A stretch of DNA of 64,000 nt from Staphylococcus phage VB_SavM_JYL01, in the sequence record MH159197.1, one strand, 5' to 3'. The translations under genes and the position numbers were made by a program. Positions 61,880 through 64,000 of this stretch are shown here, one piece after another. The stretch's first letter is position 1; every line of letters begins with the position of its first letter. Under the pieces are notes generated by a model. The model was not told the origin of the DNA. It made no database searches and saw nothing but the letters and a program-made list of their open reading frames with translations.

Positions 61880-63931
61880 TTATGCAACCTCCTTAAATTC
61901 TTCTTTATTTATTTTCTTAATATCTTTTTCTAATGCTTCTTTTAGTTCATTAGGTAATTTATATGCATCAATTGATTGTTGCTGTCCTAACACATAACCA
62001 TTATCTGTAATACGTATTTCAACTGTAAACCATGAATTATCTAAATCTTCTTCTAATCTTGCTAATAATATTAAACAGCTATTCTTTAGAATTCTATTAG
62101 CATATCCTCCAACACAATGAGATAACATTCTACCTTCATCTTTTAATTTACTTACAGTATCTGCAGGAAGGAATTTTACTTTTCTACCATCTTTTAATTT
62201 ATAAGTTTTATCAATTATTTTTTCTAACTTATTATCATACTTAGCTTTAAGTTCTGCATCATCTAATTGTTGTTGAATGGATTGTTTTTCATCTGTAACT
62301 ATATCATGCTCTAACTTCAGTGAAAAAGGCGTTAAGTTAACACTCTCTAATGTTCTATACCCTTCTCGGATTAGTATTGATAAATCTTGTAAATAGTCAA
62401 GGTAATATCTATCTAGTGCATATCCTGTTATACGTTGTCTGTCTTGAGCATCTACATCTAAATAGTGCGTCATCTTTTTGTAGTTAGCAAAAGATATAGA
62501 TAATATTTGATTTACAATAGGTTTAACTTTTAAAGCATCAGTAACATCTCTTGAATCTCGAACCATTAAAAAAGTATCATCAAATAATTGGTGTAAATTA
62601 ACCTCATTGTGTAAATGATTATAGTACTTATATAGAGTATTAGCAAATCTTAAGTAATTACCTTGCTCAAATTTATTTAAAGTTAGTAATTTTTTATAAG
62701 TCTGTTTTGTAAGATTGAAAGCTTCATGAACTTTCCATTTAGGATTTTTAGGTATATGAAATAGTAATGCATTTCTTTCAAATAATCCAAATTCCTCTAA
62801 GTTATTTATTTTGTCAATATTTTTAACAATATCTGTTAAAGTTGTTAAGTAATTAGAAGTTGAATTTTCTCCTATAAAAATCCTATATTTGTCTCCTCTA
62901 TAATTTATATGACCATAAACATCTATATTATCCGGACACCAACTAGAAAAATCAAAATTATGGTGTTCTAATGTTTGTTCTATTATCTTTATTATAACCC
63001 CTCTATTTAAGTTAGGTTGTGAGTAATTTTTTAAAATAACATTTAATAAAACAGATAATGTCAATTCATTTTTATATTCACTTTTACTTATATCATCTTT
63101 ATACAAATTTAAAGTTAGTTCTTTATTAACAAGGCTATCTGTTAAGAAAACTTTAACCTCCCCTGTTTTAACATCAAATGAACTTTTATTTTCTAAAACC
63201 CATTTATTACCCATATTATGTTTATCTCTGATATGTCTAACTTTAAGACCGAAAGATGAATTATTCTCAGTACCTGGATGCATGTACCAAGCACTACTAT
63301 ACAATGAATCTGATATTTCCTTATAATACTTACTTGAGCCTTTTTCTGTATCTTCATTCATATAAGAAGTAATAGATGATTTTATTAAACCGTACTTACC
63401 TTGGTCTAGAATATCCATAATATCATCATTTAAACTCTCTACTACTTCCTTATACTCATCTAATTGTCTAGCTTCATACCCCCATAATCGGGTTTCATTT
63501 TCTAATTCTTTAATTTTTTCTTCTACATAACCTTTAGATTTTATTTGTCTTCTGCTCTTATTACCATATAAAGGAAATTCTTTTCTTTCTTCTCTACTGG
63601 ATTCAATATATTCTTTGTAATTTCTTCCTTTATTTTCTCCAATTACACCTTCAACTAATTTTTCAACTGTTTCATAAGGGTTACCTGTAAAGTTTGTTAC
63701 TTCTTTATTACCACATAGTGCTAAGAATAAATGTATTTCTGTAGCAGTATCAAAACTAAATATATTATGAATATCTCTAAATAATTCCTTAGAGCCTAAG
63801 TTAATTATATTATTTTTCTTCTTCTTAAGGAATACATCTTCTTCTCCTATGTAGATACATCCTTTATTAACTTTAGGTAAATTAATAATTTCTTGTTCTG
63901 TTAATCCTTTTTGTTTATATGTTATTGCCAT
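61880..63931 (-). CDS. large hypothetical protein (683 aa); C-terminal ...GRMLSHCVGGYANRILKNSCLILLARLE... motif
   Basis: An SD aaggag (RC) sits 10 nt before the ATG, and a leftward promoter lies upstream. Confidence 0.65.
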   Translation of the reverse strand: MAITYKQKGLTEQEIINLPKVNKGCIYIGEEDVFLKKKKNNIINLGSKELFRDIHNIFSFDTATEIHLFLALCGNKEVTNFTGNPYETVEKLVEGVIGENKGRNYKEYIESSREERKEFPLYGNKSRRQIKSKGYVEEKIKELENETRLWGYEARQLDEYKEVVESLNDDIMDILDQGKYGLIKSSITSYMNEDTEKGSSKYYKEISDSLYSSAWYMHPGTENNSSFGLKVRHIRDKHNMGNKWVLENKSSFDVKTGEVKVFLTDSLVNKELTLNLYKDDISKSEYKNELTLSVLLNVILKNYSQPNLNRGVIIKIIEQTLEHHNFDFSSWCPDNIDVYGHINYRGDKYRIFIGENSTSNYLTTLTDIVKNIDKINNLEEFGLFERNALLFHIPKNPKWKVHEAFNLTKQTYKKLLTLNKFEQGNYLRFANTLYKYYNHLHNEVNLHQLFDDTFLMVRDSRDVTDALKVKPIVNQILSISFANYKKMTHYLDVDAQDRQRITGYALDRYYLDYLQDLSILIREGYRTLESVNLTPFSLKLEHDIVTDEKQSIQQQLDDAELKAKYDNKLEKIIDKTYKLKDGRKVKFLPADTVSKLKDEGRMLSHCVGGYANRILKNSCLILLARLEEDLDNSWFTVEIRITDNGYVLGQQQSIDAYKLPNELKEALEKDIKKINKEEFKEVA

Positions 63932-63961
63932 TTAAAATCACTCCTTATTTGTTATGTACTA

Positions 63962-63990
63962 ATCATATCATAGTAAGTCATATTTGTCAA
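63962..63990 (-). promoter_or_regulatory. leftward promoter TTGACA-17-TATGAT
   Basis: The RC reads ttgacaaatatgacttactatgatatgat. Confidence 0.5.
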
Positions 63991-64000
63991 CAAAAAAAAA

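Noticed and set aside
1-64000. Introns or inteins in the DNA polymerase, and mobile elements (IS or transposons)
   Set aside because: The polymerase ORF is continuous to the window edge with motifs A, B and C in one frame. The only homing-type gene (HNH, 22038) is free-standing. No transposase, integrase or terminal inverted repeats typical of IS elements were seen.

Overview
This window is AT-rich (about 30% GC) and gene-dense, with the gene content and layout of a large virulent Staphylococcus-type myovirus (Herelleviridae/Twortvirinae-like). That assignment is inferred from gene content only.

Bases 1-34.9 kb form a rightward (+) array. It carries the C-terminal part of a family-A DNA polymerase, truncated by the window edge, a RecA/UvsX-like recombinase and a sigma-70-like factor. 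Bacterial Ig-like domain proteins, two calcineurin-like metallophosphoesterases and a free-standing HNH endonuclease are also present. A Prs-like kinase sits next to a nicotinamide phosphoribosyltransferase, which is a NARP1-like NAD+ reconstitution pair. Dozens of small hypothetical, membrane and micro-ORF genes fill the rest. Sigma-A-type promoters (TTGACA-17-TATAAT) are frequent, and the -35 box often sits inside a terminator hairpin.

Bases ~35.0-46.1 kb look like one copy of a long terminal-repeat (LTR) / host-takeover region. It has large ORF-free tracts and tandem paralogous small genes. It also has a repeated promoter/leader cassette, iteron-like direct repeats, perfect palindromes and a massive local enrichment of the octamer GAAGCGGT/ACCGCTTC.

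From 45.8 kb to the end the genes run leftward (-). They include a NADAR protein, a PPP-family Ser/Thr phosphatase and an SGNH hydrolase with an Ig-like N-domain. Further left are a tRNA-Met(CAU) with an adjacent tRNA-like remnant, a GC-rich ORF-free candidate RNA locus and a Pol-beta-type nucleotidyltransferase. A MoxR-like AAA+ ATPase with a downstream partner, a MazG-like pyrophosphatase and a 683-aa protein follow.

No CRISPR array, rRNA or transposon was recognised. Coordinates for motifs and hairpins are approximate (about +/-3 nt), and all functional calls come from motifs read in the supplied translations.
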